A DNA stretch of 64,000 nt from Gammaproteobacteria bacterium (GTDB taxonomy: Bacteria; Pseudomonadota; Gammaproteobacteria; JABCZS01): NCBI GenBank assembly GCA_044445605.1, contig JBIOEA010000009.1, forward strand, positions 2,314 through 66,313, read 5' to 3'. The notes under the pieces are model-generated. The model was not told the DNA's origin, ran no database searches, and saw nothing but the letters and a program-made list of their open reading frames with translations. Below, piece after piece: positions 38,304 to 48,795 of this stretch (position 1 is the stretch's first letter; every line of letters begins with the position of its first letter). The translations under genes and the position numbers were made by a program.

Positions 38304-39677
38304 ATGAAAATCATTATTCTCGGCGCAGGGCAAGTAGGCGGGACGTTGGCCGAACACTTAACCTCAGAAGATAACGATATTACGATTGTCGATTCTGATG
38401 TCAAAATCCTTCAAGCGATCGATGAAAAATTAGACGTACGCGCGATAGTTGGCCACGCATCACACCCAAGCGTTTTACGGCGTGCGGGTGCAGAAGATGC
38501 AGACATGTTGATCGCTGTGACGAACAATGATGAAACGAACATGATGGCCTGCCAGATTTCTTATAGCCTTTTCAAAACACCGATTAAAATTGCACGGGTG
38601 CGTTCATCCGAATACATGTTGTACCCACGTCTTTTTGAAAACCGCGCGATCCCGATTGACGTATTGATCAGCCCAGAACAACTTGTGACACGTTACGTAA
38701 AAAGGTTGATTGAATTCCCTGGCGCATTGCAAGTTTTGGATTTTGCAGATGGCCGCGTACAATGCGTGGCATTACGTGCTGTCTCGGGCGCACCGCTCGT
38801 TGGTCAAGCGCTGAGAAATCTACACATTCACATGCCCTCGGTCAAAACCAATATTGCGGCGATATTCCGTAAAGATAAATTGGTTGAGATTTCCGATGAT
38901 ACAGTGATTGAACCTAACGATGAAGTCTTTTTCATCTGTGAATCAAATGAAATTCGCGAAGTGATCAGTGAATTACGTGGCGCCACGGCTCCCTATAAAC
39001 GCATCATGATCGCTGGTGGCGGTAACATTGGTTTTAGCTTGGCACAAACGTTAGAAAAAAATTATCACGTCAAGATCATTGATCGCGGGCAAGCGCGTTG
39101 CCGCACATTGGCAGAACAATTGAACAAATCTGTCGTACTCTGCGGGGACTGCTCTGATAAGAATCTTCTCTACAATGAAAACATTGAAGAGACAGACGTG
39201 TTTTGTGCACTCACCAATGATGACGAAACCAACATCATGTCAGCGACACTGGCCAAGCGGATGGGCGCGCGTAAAGTCATGGCGCTCATCAATCGTACGG
39301 CCTATGTTGATTTAATTGAAGGCAGTGAAATTGATATTGCCATTTCGCCGCAGCAATCAACGATCAGCAGCTTGCTCACGCATATCCGTCGTGGTGATAT
39401 TGTGCAGGTGCATTCGTTACGTCGTGGGGCAGCAGAAGCGATTGAAGCGGTAGCCCACGGCACGCTGGAAACATCGAAAGTAGTAGGGCGCACGATTGAA
39501 ACATTGCCGTTGCCTCCAGGCACCGTGATCAGCATGATAGTTCGTGAAGACCGTGTGATTGCGGCAGAACCCAGCACACGCATTGAAGCCGACGATCACG
39601 TGATTTTATTTGTCAGCAACAAAAAATACATTGGTGATGTCGAGCGTCTCTTCCAAGTGGCTATCAATTTCTTTTAA
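38304..39677 (+). CDS. trkA: Trk system potassium uptake protein TrkA
   Basis: Two tandem NAD-binding RCK domains (MKIIILGAGQVGGTLA..., IMIAGGGNIGFSLA...). Confidence 0.9.
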   Translation: MKIIILGAGQVGGTLAEHLTSEDNDITIVDSDVKILQAIDEKLDVRAIVGHASHPSVLRRAGAEDADMLIAVTNNDETNMMACQISYSLFKTPIKIARVRSSEYMLYPRLFENRAIPIDVLISPEQLVTRYVKRLIEFPGALQVLDFADGRVQCVALRAVSGAPLVGQALRNLHIHMPSVKTNIAAIFRKDKLVEISDDTVIEPNDEVFFICESNEIREVISELRGATAPYKRIMIAGGGNIGFSLAQTLEKNYHVKIIDRGQARCRTLAEQLNKSVVLCGDCSDKNLLYNENIEETDVFCALTNDDETNIMSATLAKRMGARKVMALINRTAYVDLIEGSEIDIAISPQQSTISSLLTHIRRGDIVQVHSLRRGAAEAIEAVAHGTLETSKVVGRTIETLPLPPGTVISMIVREDRVIAAEPSTRIEADDHVILFVSNKKYIGDVERLFQVAINFF

Positions 39678-39686
39678 GGAGATCCC

Positions 39687-41138
39687 ATGCACTGGGCAGC
39701 CATTTTCAAAGTATTAGGTTATTTATTGATGTGCTTGAGCTTGAGCCACTTACCGCCGATGGCGATTGGCTGGTGGTATGACGAAACGGCTTATCATCCT
39801 TTCGTGATTTCAGGTTTAGCGACGCTGTTATCTGGCGCACTGTTATGGTGGTTCACGCGTAACACGCGCGACGAACCTCGCACCCGTGATGGGTTTTTGA
39901 TCGTTGTATTATTCTGGACGGTGATCAGTTTATTCGGTGCATTACCTTTTATTGTGGCCGAAACACCCCATCTTTCTTTTGCCGATGCGGTGTTTGAAAC
40001 TATTTCTGGATTAACGACGACGGGTGCTACGGTGATTCGCGGGCTCGATGCGTTACCGAAATCCATTTTATATTATCGCCAGCAGCTACATCTTTTAGGT
40101 GGGATGGGAATCATCGTATTGGCAGTGGCGGTATTACCGATGCTGGGCGTCGGTGGCCTGCAGTTGTTCCGTGCTGAAACATCGGGAATGAATAAAGAAG
40201 GCAAGCTTACGCCACGTGTGGCTGAAACGGCGAAGACACTGTGGTTTATTTACATTGCGCTGACGGCTGCTTGTGCATTGAGTTATCGTTTGAATGGGAT
40301 GTCGAACTTTGATTCGATTTGTTATGCGTTCGCGACATTGTCTACGGGTGGTTTTGCGCCACATGATAGTAATTTTGCGTTCTACCCACAGACATCGTTG
40401 AAGCTCTGGGCCTCGCTGTTTATGTTTTTGGGTGGTTTAAATTTCTCGCTGCATTATTTAGCGTTGCACAATACGAGTATCTTGACGTATTGGCGAAATG
40501 CGGAGTTCCGTTTCTTTCTCAAACTGCAAGTAGCGATTGTCGCTGCGGTGGTCGCGGTACTGATGTGGAAAAACGTATATCCTGATGCTTACACAGCATT
40601 TGTCGAAACGTTATTCCATGTGATTTCGATCAGCACGACGACGGGGTTTGTTGCGACTGACTTTGGTGCGTGGCCCATTTTTGTGCCTATTTTAATTATG
40701 ATTGGCGGATTAATTGGGGGATGTGCCGGGTCGACGACCGGGGGCCTGAAAGCAATCCGGATTCTGGTGGTGATGAAACAAGCCTCGCGTGAATTGCATC
40801 GGTTGATTCACCCTAATGGCGAGTATATTTTGAAAATCGATCAAAAAATGTTACCGGATAAAGTCATCGATGCCGTGTGGGGTTTTATTGGTGTGTTTGC
40901 CGTATTATTTTGCTTGTTCTTATTTATCTTAATGACGTGTGGATTGGATTTCTTATCGGCGTTTGGTGCGGTGGTAGCCAGTGTCGCAAACGTCGGTCCA
41001 GGATTAGGAAGTGTCTTTTGGGATTATGCGGATCTTAATGATCTCGCGAAATGGACATTATCATTTTCCATGCTCGTCGGCCGGTTGGAAATTTTTGCCG
41101 TGATGGTGATATTAACGCCCGCTTTTTGGAGACAGTGA
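39687..41138 (+). CDS. trkH: Trk potassium transporter membrane subunit TrkH
   Basis: 483 aa polytopic protein with the GLTTTGATV / STTGF selectivity-filter-like motifs. Confidence 0.85.
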   Translation: MHWAAIFKVLGYLLMCLSLSHLPPMAIGWWYDETAYHPFVISGLATLLSGALLWWFTRNTRDEPRTRDGFLIVVLFWTVISLFGALPFIVAETPHLSFADAVFETISGLTTTGATVIRGLDALPKSILYYRQQLHLLGGMGIIVLAVAVLPMLGVGGLQLFRAETSGMNKEGKLTPRVAETAKTLWFIYIALTAACALSYRLNGMSNFDSICYAFATLSTGGFAPHDSNFAFYPQTSLKLWASLFMFLGGLNFSLHYLALHNTSILTYWRNAEFRFFLKLQVAIVAAVVAVLMWKNVYPDAYTAFVETLFHVISISTTTGFVATDFGAWPIFVPILIMIGGLIGGCAGSTTGGLKAIRILVVMKQASRELHRLIHPNGEYILKIDQKMLPDKVIDAVWGFIGVFAVLFCLFLFILMTCGLDFLSAFGAVVASVANVGPGLGSVFWDYADLNDLAKWTLSFSMLVGRLEIFAVMVILTPAFWRQ

Positions 41139-41239
41139 GAAAGTACTGCCGGGGATTTTTTTGAGATCGTAATGTGATTATTCGTAACCGTTCACGATCA
41201 CAAGATCTGACAACGAAGAACTCTTCGCCCCGACAAGCA

Positions 41240-42151
41240 TTAATACATCTTCGGATACGCATCCCCGCGCCGCTTGAACCGTTTATAACTCCACATATAC
41301 TGTTCAGGGAAACGGCGAATCACCGCCTCAAGCGCTTCATTCATCGCCGTCGCCGATGCCACTTCATCATCACCGTAAAATGCCTCCGACACATCAATGC
41401 CATCGGGCTTAAACCCTTCACCTAATCCTAGCCGCGCAGAGTAACCGACCATCACACGAGCGCCCGTGCGTTGCGATAACTTCATCGCCAACGTCATCGT
41501 CATCGCAGGTACACCAAAAAATGGCGCAATCACGCCGCCTTCCGTGCCCGGCACTTGGTCCGGTAACATCACAATAATGCCATTATTTTTTAACGCTTTT
41601 AACAAGTCGCGAATGCCGCCCGCCGTCGCAGGCACCAAATGTGCGCCCGCACGTTCACGCGCATTGCGCACCACCGTTTCAAGCGATGGCATCCGTAATG
41701 GCCGATACATCATCGTCGCTTCGCCCAACTGCGGCAAGAACCCCAACATGCTTTCCCACGATCCCATGTGAGGACTCAACAAAATCACTCCCTTGCCATG
41801 CGCTCGCGCTGCCTCAAATCGTGCCAATGCTTCCTCGTCCGGCGCAACCACACTGGCATTGATTTTATCCACCGGCCAAAACCAGTGCATCGCGTATTCC
41901 ACCATCGTGATCGTCGTGTTACGTAAACTTTCCCGCACTAACCGTTCACGCCATTCATGCGATTCATTCGGGAAACAGACTTCAATGTTTTTACGGGAGA
42001 CCTTTTTTAACCCCGTCGGCAATACCATTAATATACTGCCCAAGACCCACCCAATTCCTTGAATCGTCTTTAATGGCAACCGGCTGATAAACGTCAACGT
42101 GCCTATCATGGCCGATGCCGCACATGCTTTTAAATGTTTTGAAATACCCAT
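41240..42151 (-). CDS. Lipid A biosynthesis lauroyl/myristoyl acyltransferase (LpxL/HtrB family)
   Basis: Alignable to E. coli LpxL: NxEVCFP, PHxGxWE-like (SPHMGSWE), and C-terminal EQYMWSYKRFK. Confidence 0.7.
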   Translation of the reverse strand: MGISKHLKACAASAMIGTLTFISRLPLKTIQGIGWVLGSILMVLPTGLKKVSRKNIEVCFPNESHEWRERLVRESLRNTTITMVEYAMHWFWPVDKINASVVAPDEEALARFEAARAHGKGVILLSPHMGSWESMLGFLPQLGEATMMYRPLRMPSLETVVRNARERAGAHLVPATAGGIRDLLKALKNNGIIVMLPDQVPGTEGGVIAPFFGVPAMTMTLAMKLSQRTGARVMVGYSARLGLGEGFKPDGIDVSEAFYGDDEVASATAMNEALEAVIRRFPEQYMWSYKRFKRRGDAYPKMY

Positions 42152-42223
42152 GGTTACCCCCCGCGTAGGTTACCAAAAAGTAACTATAATAGGTTAGGAC
42201 TTTTAATTCGGAGATCGAGGCAC

Positions 42224-42775
42224 ATGGAAAAATCAGTTATCTTAATGTCCCAAGAGGAGCTGCAGGCCCATTGGAAAAGCATCATGTTTGAGGGCGTCAC
42301 CTTCACGATATTAGGTATCTTGGCACTCATTGTCCCAGGATTGTTTTCATTGACGTTCGAACTTGTTGTCGGCTGGTTATTTTTGATCGGCGGAGCACTT
42401 CAACTGTACCGCGCAATCCAGTCTAATGGTGCACCTGGTTTCTGGATGTTCATCATCTCCGCGCTGCTCTCGATGGTATTCGGTATTCTCATGGTATTCA
42501 ATCCGCTCGCAGGCTTGGTTGCATTAACGATGATCATCGCGATTTTCTTCCTCTTAGAAGGTATCGTGAAAATCATCTATGCATTCCAAATTCAAGCCTT
42601 CGCAAGCTGGGGCTGGATATTGTTGAGCGGCTTTTGCTCCATCCTCATTGCGATGATGGTGTTCTCCGGCTGGCCACTGAGTACATCTTGGTTTATCGGT
42701 ACGTTGATCGGCGTTTACCTGATCATGAACGGCGTATCCCTCATGATGATTTCATGGCGTGCGCATCAAGCCTAA
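42224..42775 (+). CDS. HdeD-family (DUF308) membrane protein
   Basis: 183 aa with repeated GILxLIxG-type TM hairpins. Confidence 0.5.
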   Translation: MEKSVILMSQEELQAHWKSIMFEGVTFTILGILALIVPGLFSLTFELVVGWLFLIGGALQLYRAIQSNGAPGFWMFIISALLSMVFGILMVFNPLAGLVALTMIIAIFFLLEGIVKIIYAFQIQAFASWGWILLSGFCSILIAMMVFSGWPLSTSWFIGTLIGVYLIMNGVSLMMISWRAHQA

Positions 42776-42831
42776 ATGCTACCTGCCACCCCTTTGGAAA
42801 ACAACCCTGTTTTTCCAGAGGGGGCCGGCCT

Positions 42832-43512
42832 CTACTTAATCACTTCAACCTTATCGTACGTAATATCATGCGGAGCGACAGCGCCACCGGACACGATAAA
42901 CGTCATGGCTTCATCAAACGTCCAATCGGTTGGCGTGATTTGTTCGATGGGCACGATTTCTAAATAACCTGATGTCGGGTTTGGCGTGGTCGGCACATAC
43001 ACTGCCGCCAATTCGCGTCCCGAATTTTTATCAATGAACGTACGCGTGACCAAGCCAACGGTTTTCATCGTAGGATTTGGGAATTCAATCAGCACCACAC
43101 GTTGCGTCGTGCCAGGGCTTTTTTGGAACACTTCAATTAATTTTTTGATCGAACCATAAATGGTTTTGACCAGTGGAATGCGCTCCATCACGTAATCAAT
43201 GAGGGCCAACAATTGCCGACCAAAGTACCGGCTCGATAACACACCCAGTGTATACAAAATCAGACCCATGAGCCCTAATGCAACAAACATGTCGACGACC
43301 GGAGCATCCATCCAATGCGCGACGCGTGGTGCAAATAAGGAAATCTGGCTAATGATCACATGAAGCAAGGGGCGTGCAATTTCTAAAATCAATTGCAGCA
43401 AAAATTGAATGATCATCAGCGTCAACCATAAGGGGATGATCGTCACCAATCCAATAAAAATATTCTTCTTCACATTTGCTTGCACCATGACATTTCTCCT
43501 ACATAGATTCAC
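42832..43512 (-). CDS. DUF502-family membrane protein
   Basis: Two N-terminal TM helices followed by a conserved soluble domain. Confidence 0.5.
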   Translation of the reverse strand: MNLCRRNVMVQANVKKNIFIGLVTIIPLWLTLMIIQFLLQLILEIARPLLHVIISQISLFAPRVAHWMDAPVVDMFVALGLMGLILYTLGVLSSRYFGRQLLALIDYVMERIPLVKTIYGSIKKLIEVFQKSPGTTQRVVLIEFPNPTMKTVGLVTRTFIDKNSGRELAAVYVPTTPNPTSGYLEIVPIEQITPTDWTFDEAMTFIVSGGAVAPHDITYDKVEVIK

Positions 43513-43574
43513 CCAGTATACACGAGATATGCTATATTCCTAAGGTCTTAACAGCTCTTAGTTCAGGGAGAGAT

Positions 43575-44087
43575 TTGATCATGGCAACCGTATTTTTCAA
43601 AGGCGAACCTATTCCAACTATCGGCCGCGTCCCTGAAGTAGGCAAAATGGCACCGGCATTCACCCTGACCGATAAGTCCTTGAAAGATAAAACATTGAAT
43701 GATTTTCTGGGCAAAACCCTCGTCCTCAATATCTTCCCAAGCATTGATACGGGCACCTGTGCTGCCAGCGTCCATGCCTTTAACCGCGCAGCATCCTCCC
43801 TCGAACAGACGCTAGTGCTTTGTATTTCCATGGATTTACCCTTTGCTCAAGCCCGTTTCTGCGGGGCAGAGGATTTAAACGATGTCATTACGCTGTCAGC
43901 TTTCCGCCATCCTGAGTTTGGCCAAGCCTATGGCGTAACCATCACCGCGGGGCCGATGAAAGGATTACTTTCCCGCGCCGTCGTGGTCATCAACCCAGAA
44001 GGTCGTATCATTTATACCGAGCATGTGGCCGAAATAACGCAAGAACCTGACTACGCCACCGCACTTGGAAGCATCCAAGCAGGCTAG
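43575..44087 (+). CDS. tpx: Thiol peroxidase Tpx
   Basis: Near full-length identity pattern to E. coli Tpx (LNIFPSIDTGTCAASV...VLCISMDLPFAQARFCGAE). Confidence 0.85.
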   Translation: MIMATVFFKGEPIPTIGRVPEVGKMAPAFTLTDKSLKDKTLNDFLGKTLVLNIFPSIDTGTCAASVHAFNRAASSLEQTLVLCISMDLPFAQARFCGAEDLNDVITLSAFRHPEFGQAYGVTITAGPMKGLLSRAVVVINPEGRIIYTEHVAEITQEPDYATALGSIQAG

Positions 44088-44193
44088 GTCCCTGATATTT
44101 AATGACTTATCCAACTTACGTTGTGTTGCTTTCTTTGAAATAAGTAGTTATAATGTGAACGAACTAAATGATCACATTCGAGAGAAGCCGAAG

Positions 44194-45828
44194 ATGTTAC
44201 CAGCTGAAAATCTAAAACAATATATCGAATCGAAAAGAGGCATCGCGCCTAATAAAACCATTGCCAATCATGTCCTTGAAGATGGGGTCATTACCGACAA
44301 TGATTTTAAATACCTGGATCGAGTGTATCAAAAATATAAAACAGCGCAACCCCTGAAAGGGAAACGAATCCTATTTAATCAACACATGGATTGGGCTACA
44401 TTTCTCTTAATGCTGCTTTATCAATCATTAGGCGCCACGATTGAAGCCAGCAACTTAAACCTTACAGCAAAATCATTTGCAAAATCTGCCCTCGACCAGG
44501 CTGGCATTCTTTATTACGCCCACCAGATTCCCAATCATGCGACAAATTATTATCATCATGTGGTGGATTGCGGAGCAGGCATGATTAACGCATTTACCCC
44601 ACTCAATGGCATGGCTGAACTGACTCAAACATACCCCATCAAATATGAAGGCAAAAAAACTCCTGTTTTTTCTGTTAACCGCTGGTTCGTAAAAAAATTC
44701 GAAGATTATTATGGCGTTGGTCCGGCGTGTATGGCTGCCCTACCTTCGGCCGTTGGTAATCTATTAACACGCCAAGCCGGGCTAAACAACGCTATAGCCA
44801 TCGATCAAAATATAGAAGCCATCTATGAACGTAGATTGAGCCTTAACTATTACGTTATCGTCGGCGGCGCAGGGCAGGTGGCAGCAGGTATCGCTCATGC
44901 GCTGATTGAAAAAGGCGTTAAAGAAGACCATATTCTTTTAGTCGATAGAGAAGAAAAAAATGCACTTACGCACGTCATGGATAAAACCAAAAACATCGCC
45001 TTTCTAAAAAATCAACAAGGCGAATTGGTTGGGCTCAGTGATAAAACCGAATTCAAACAAGCCATCTTAGCACACATGCAAAAAACCAAGCCAAACGCAA
45101 ATTATACGTTGGACAACTTCTCACAGCAGCTTGCCATCATTACGGCCACTGGGGTAGAAAATCTCATGTCTAACTACAATTACTCTCCCCTTGATTTCCA
45201 CCCCACCGCGACCTGGTTCATCAATATGGGGCAACCCGATGAATATGGCGACAATTTTGAACAGACAGGTATGGTAGGCAACACGAAATTTGCGCTTAAC
45301 TTTAATCCACAATGGTTGAAACGCGATAACGGGAAACATCCCGCCACACCCACGTACTGCTTAATGCCATCTTTCGCGGCGCTGGCTGAATCAAGCATCT
45401 ATGCCATCGTAAACCATAAAAAACGTTTTAATCCGGGGCTGCAGGCTATTCCCTCAACATATGACCACGAACTGCTCGAATATGCGGTACAAATCTACGG
45501 CGATGAATTCCAGCCCATGATGAGACTGATGGAAGAACGCATGCGTCGTGAATGCCTTGCTTCGCCTACCGATTCTGCGTCTTCCACTGATACGCGTTCA
45601 TCGATGATGACATCACCATCTCCACCCACGTCACCACCGAGAAACGGCAGTTCACCGGACAGAGTCGGAAACAAACGCAGTTCTGAAACCCTCGTGAGCA
45701 GCGAAGCTAATCCAAATAAGGACAAAACTGTTAGCACGACAGTAATATTTTCCTCGGGACAACAAAATGGAAATTTCCACAATCTGCGGAGCAGCAAGAT
45801 AAAACTCGGCGGCCCCACGCAACAATAG
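44194..45828 (+). CDS. Divergent S-adenosyl-L-homocysteine hydrolase-fold protein with about 95-aa Ser/Thr/Pro-rich disordered C-terminal tail
   Basis: Alignable to AHCY at the PLKG[AK]RI...H motif and the NAD domain (VIVGGAGQVAAGIAHALIEKGVK against AGYGDVGKGCAQAL). Several catalytic positions are altered. The C-terminus SPTDSASSTDTRSSMMTSPSPPTSPPRNGSSPDR... is low-complexity. The likely start is MLPAENLK at 44194, inside ORF 44065... Confidence 0.5.
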   Translation: MLPAENLKQYIESKRGIAPNKTIANHVLEDGVITDNDFKYLDRVYQKYKTAQPLKGKRILFNQHMDWATFLLMLLYQSLGATIEASNLNLTAKSFAKSALDQAGILYYAHQIPNHATNYYHHVVDCGAGMINAFTPLNGMAELTQTYPIKYEGKKTPVFSVNRWFVKKFEDYYGVGPACMAALPSAVGNLLTRQAGLNNAIAIDQNIEAIYERRLSLNYYVIVGGAGQVAAGIAHALIEKGVKEDHILLVDREEKNALTHVMDKTKNIAFLKNQQGELVGLSDKTEFKQAILAHMQKTKPNANYTLDNFSQQLAIITATGVENLMSNYNYSPLDFHPTATWFINMGQPDEYGDNFEQTGMVGNTKFALNFNPQWLKRDNGKHPATPTYCLMPSFAALAESSIYAIVNHKKRFNPGLQAIPSTYDHELLEYAVQIYGDEFQPMMRLMEERMRRECLASPTDSASSTDTRSSMMTSPSPPTSPPRNGSSPDRVGNKRSSETLVSSEANPNKDKTVSTTVIFSSGQQNGNFHNLRSSKIKLGGPTQQ

Positions 45829-45840
45829 GACACCACAGAA

Positions 45841-48207
45841 ATGGATATTTCGATCTTATCACTCTCACATCTGCTCCCGATAGCACTCTCGCTCAAGGAT
45901 GAGAAGGGCGTTTATCAACATGCGAACGCAGCATTTATCTCACATTTAAAATCACTTGGGTTTGATGAACCTATTATAGGCAAAACTGACAAAGATATTT
46001 TTGATGCCGCATCCGCAACTGTTATCGCCAAGCATGACGCCCTCGTGTTGAAAACCGGAAAAAAAGAAGTCTCCGATGAAAATATTACCGTTAAACATGG
46101 CAAATCCACTACACAATTAGCGATTCGCACCCTGTATGAATCCAAGGGTGAAAAAGGCGTATTAACGGTATTGTTTGATATCAGCGCAATCAAAGCTAAA
46201 GAAATTGCACTGATCACCGCGAAACAAGAAGCACAAGCCTCTGAGCGTGCCAGCCGTATTTCACTCAATCATATTTTGCGTTATTTGCCAGGTTATGTAT
46301 ATTGGAAAAATACGGACTCAGTATATCTTGGCTGTAATGAAAATTTTGCAATTGCTGCGGGCTTGTCGCACATGGAAGATATTGTCGGCAAAACAGACTA
46401 TGACTTGGCTTGGGGGAAGACGGAAGCGGAATTATTCCGTCAAGGCGATAGAGAAGCGTTTTCTGGCCGCACCAAGTATAACTTTGAAGAACCACAACGC
46501 ATGGCTGATGGCAAGCAAGCAACCGTATTGGCCACGAAAGTCCCGCTAAAAGATGAACAAGAAAAAATCATCGGTGTTCTAGGTATTTATACCGATATCA
46601 CTGATCGTAAAAAAGCAGAATTGGCACTGATGGATGCGAAAGAAAAGGCCGAAGAAGCGATGAGCGAAAAAACAGAATTCATTCGGAACATGAGCCATGA
46701 TTTACGCACGCCAATCACAGGGATTATTGGCATGTCTGATATTTTGGCGCGCGAAACCAAAGAGAATTTCACGTATGATGCTGCACGTGACGTCGAAGCC
46801 GCAGCCCGTGCCTTGCTTAACTTTTTCAATCAAGTCATTGAAACAGCAGAACTGGAACTGGGCGAACTACCCGATCAGCAGAATGCCTTCTCGCTCAAAA
46901 ACATTCAAAAAAATATCATTCAAATTTTTATGCCCGCTGCGCAACAAAAGAAAATCAAAATCGAATCCTATTTTGACCAAAGCATTCCGAAGGTGATGAT
47001 TGGCAATGATGCTTTTTTGTATCGCATTTTATTAAATCTGGTGGCCAATGCGGTTAAATTCACTGAACAAGGCAGCATCTCGATCGAAATGACGTTAGAA
47101 CGCCACACGCTCCAAAATGCTGTGGTTCAAATCTCCATTAAAGACACGGGCAAGGGCATTCCTAAAGACAAACAAGCGAAGATCTTTGAAAAATTTAATC
47201 GCTTGACGCCCTCATACGAAAACGTCCATAAAGGTTCCGGTCTCGGACTTTACATTGTCAGCCAATATTTGCAGCGCATGGGTGGGGAAATCTATCTTGA
47301 AAGCCGGCCTGGTGCAGGTTCTCGTTTCACCTGCTTTATACCGTTTAAACTACCGTTGAGTGAACAATTCTCCAAAGTAAAACCTGTTTCATATCTTAAA
47401 ACGGAAGAAAGCGCGATCAATTATGCTGTGTCAAGTTTATTTCCAGAACCGACCACCGCTGATGATGCGTTACATATTCCCCCGGCACCACTGTCTTCCT
47501 GCCACGCGTTGCTGGTTGAAGATAATCCATTAGCATTAAAAATTGGCCGCTTTAATCTCGCGCAATGGGGTTATTCGGTCACTTCAGCGACCAATGCGCA
47601 AGATGCCGAAATGCATTTAAACAAAACGCGATTTGATATCATTTATTTGGATTTAGGTTTGCCGGATAAAAATGGTTTAGACCTTGCTTCTGAGTTAAAA
47701 GCCAATGTCAAAGCGTTGAATCATGCGACACCGGTGATTGCATTAACGGCCCATGCGGATGAGCAATCGAAACAAGCCTGCTTGAAAGCAGGCGTGAGTG
47801 AAATGTTGTCCAAACCTTTGACAGAAACAGATGGGCGTCGTCTGTGTGCGAAGGCAGCTCAGCAAGCAAATGAATTACCTGTTATCGATTGGGGCTTATG
47901 GTACAACCGTTGCCAACATCATGAATCATTGATTGAAGAAGCATTACGTACTGTCTTGCGTGATTTACCACTCTTTGAGCAACAAATGAGTGATGCACTG
48001 GCTCAAGAAAATATCCAATCCATGCGTGATACGCTACATACCTGTTTGGGTATGTTACGTTTTTGTGCGTTACCACGATTGGAAAAAGCGGTCGAAGTAT
48101 TACACGATATCGCACGTAAAAAACCGGAGAACATCCCTGCTGCGTTTAAAGATTTTCAGGTACAATCGAAAGCTGCATTGGATGCAATACAATCTCTCAG
48201 TGCGTAA
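45841..48207 (+). CDS. Hybrid sensor histidine kinase (PAS - HisKA - HATPase - receiver - HPt)
   Basis: H-box MSHDLRTPITGI, G2 box GSGLGLYIVSQY, receiver LLVEDNPLALKIG...DIIYLDLGLPDKNG, and a C-terminal HPt-like helical domain. Confidence 0.8.
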   Translation: MDISILSLSHLLPIALSLKDEKGVYQHANAAFISHLKSLGFDEPIIGKTDKDIFDAASATVIAKHDALVLKTGKKEVSDENITVKHGKSTTQLAIRTLYESKGEKGVLTVLFDISAIKAKEIALITAKQEAQASERASRISLNHILRYLPGYVYWKNTDSVYLGCNENFAIAAGLSHMEDIVGKTDYDLAWGKTEAELFRQGDREAFSGRTKYNFEEPQRMADGKQATVLATKVPLKDEQEKIIGVLGIYTDITDRKKAELALMDAKEKAEEAMSEKTEFIRNMSHDLRTPITGIIGMSDILARETKENFTYDAARDVEAAARALLNFFNQVIETAELELGELPDQQNAFSLKNIQKNIIQIFMPAAQQKKIKIESYFDQSIPKVMIGNDAFLYRILLNLVANAVKFTEQGSISIEMTLERHTLQNAVVQISIKDTGKGIPKDKQAKIFEKFNRLTPSYENVHKGSGLGLYIVSQYLQRMGGEIYLESRPGAGSRFTCFIPFKLPLSEQFSKVKPVSYLKTEESAINYAVSSLFPEPTTADDALHIPPAPLSSCHALLVEDNPLALKIGRFNLAQWGYSVTSATNAQDAEMHLNKTRFDIIYLDLGLPDKNGLDLASELKANVKALNHATPVIALTAHADEQSKQACLKAGVSEMLSKPLTETDGRRLCAKAAQQANELPVIDWGLWYNRCQHHESLIEEALRTVLRDLPLFEQQMSDALAQENIQSMRDTLHTCLGMLRFCALPRLEKAVEVLHDIARKKPENIPAAFKDFQVQSKAALDAIQSLSA

Positions 48208-48234
48208 CTTGTTGCCCCCTTTGAAAAGGTAAAT

Positions 48235-48795
48235 ATGAATCTCATTATCCTCGATCGCGATGGCGTGATCAATCATGACTCACCGCACTTCATCAAATCT
48301 CCTGACGAATGGATCCCTATTCCTGGCAGCATGGAAGCCATTGCCGCGCTCAAAAAAGCAGGTTTTGCTGTGGCTGTGTGCACGAATCAATCGGGTGTAG
48401 GAAGAGGGTATTACGATGAAGCGATGCTCGCATTGATTCACGCCAAAATGATTGCCGAGTTAGATAGTTATGGTTATGCATTTGATGCCATTGTATATTG
48501 CCCGCATTTACCTGAAGCAGGCTGTGATTGCCGCAAACCTAAACCTGGCATGGTACATGCTTTGCTAAAACAGTTTGATGTGGTTGCCAGCGACACCTGG
48601 GTTGTCGGCGACAGTTTCCGTGATTTAGAAGCAGGCATTGCAGCAGGCTGCAAAACATTATTGGTTAAAACGGGTAATGGTGAAAAAACATTATTGAAGC
48701 ATGGCGATGCATTAGGCCATACGGTTGTGTGTGCGGATTTGGCTTCTGCCGTGGCATTGATTGCCCTTAAATGCAAATCATTTACCGCGCTATAA
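48235..48795 (+). CDS. gmhB: D-glycero-beta-D-manno-heptose-1,7-bisphosphate 7-phosphatase (HAD-IIIA)
   Basis: LIILDRDGVIN motif I, CTNQSGV motif II, and the Zn-binding CxHxxxxxCxCRKP. Confidence 0.8.
   Translation: MNLIILDRDGVINHDSPHFIKSPDEWIPIPGSMEAIAALKKAGFAVAVCTNQSGVGRGYYDEAMLALIHAKMIAELDSYGYAFDAIVYCPHLPEAGCDCRKPKPGMVHALLKQFDVVASDTWVVGDSFRDLEAGIAAGCKTLLVKTGNGEKTLLKHGDALGHTVVCADLASAVALIALKCKSFTAL

Noticed and set aside
45495-45896. Minus-strand 133-aa ORF
   Set aside because: It is antisense to the Ser/Pro-rich tail of the AHCY-like gene and to the start of the sensor kinase. It is a low-complexity mirror translation.
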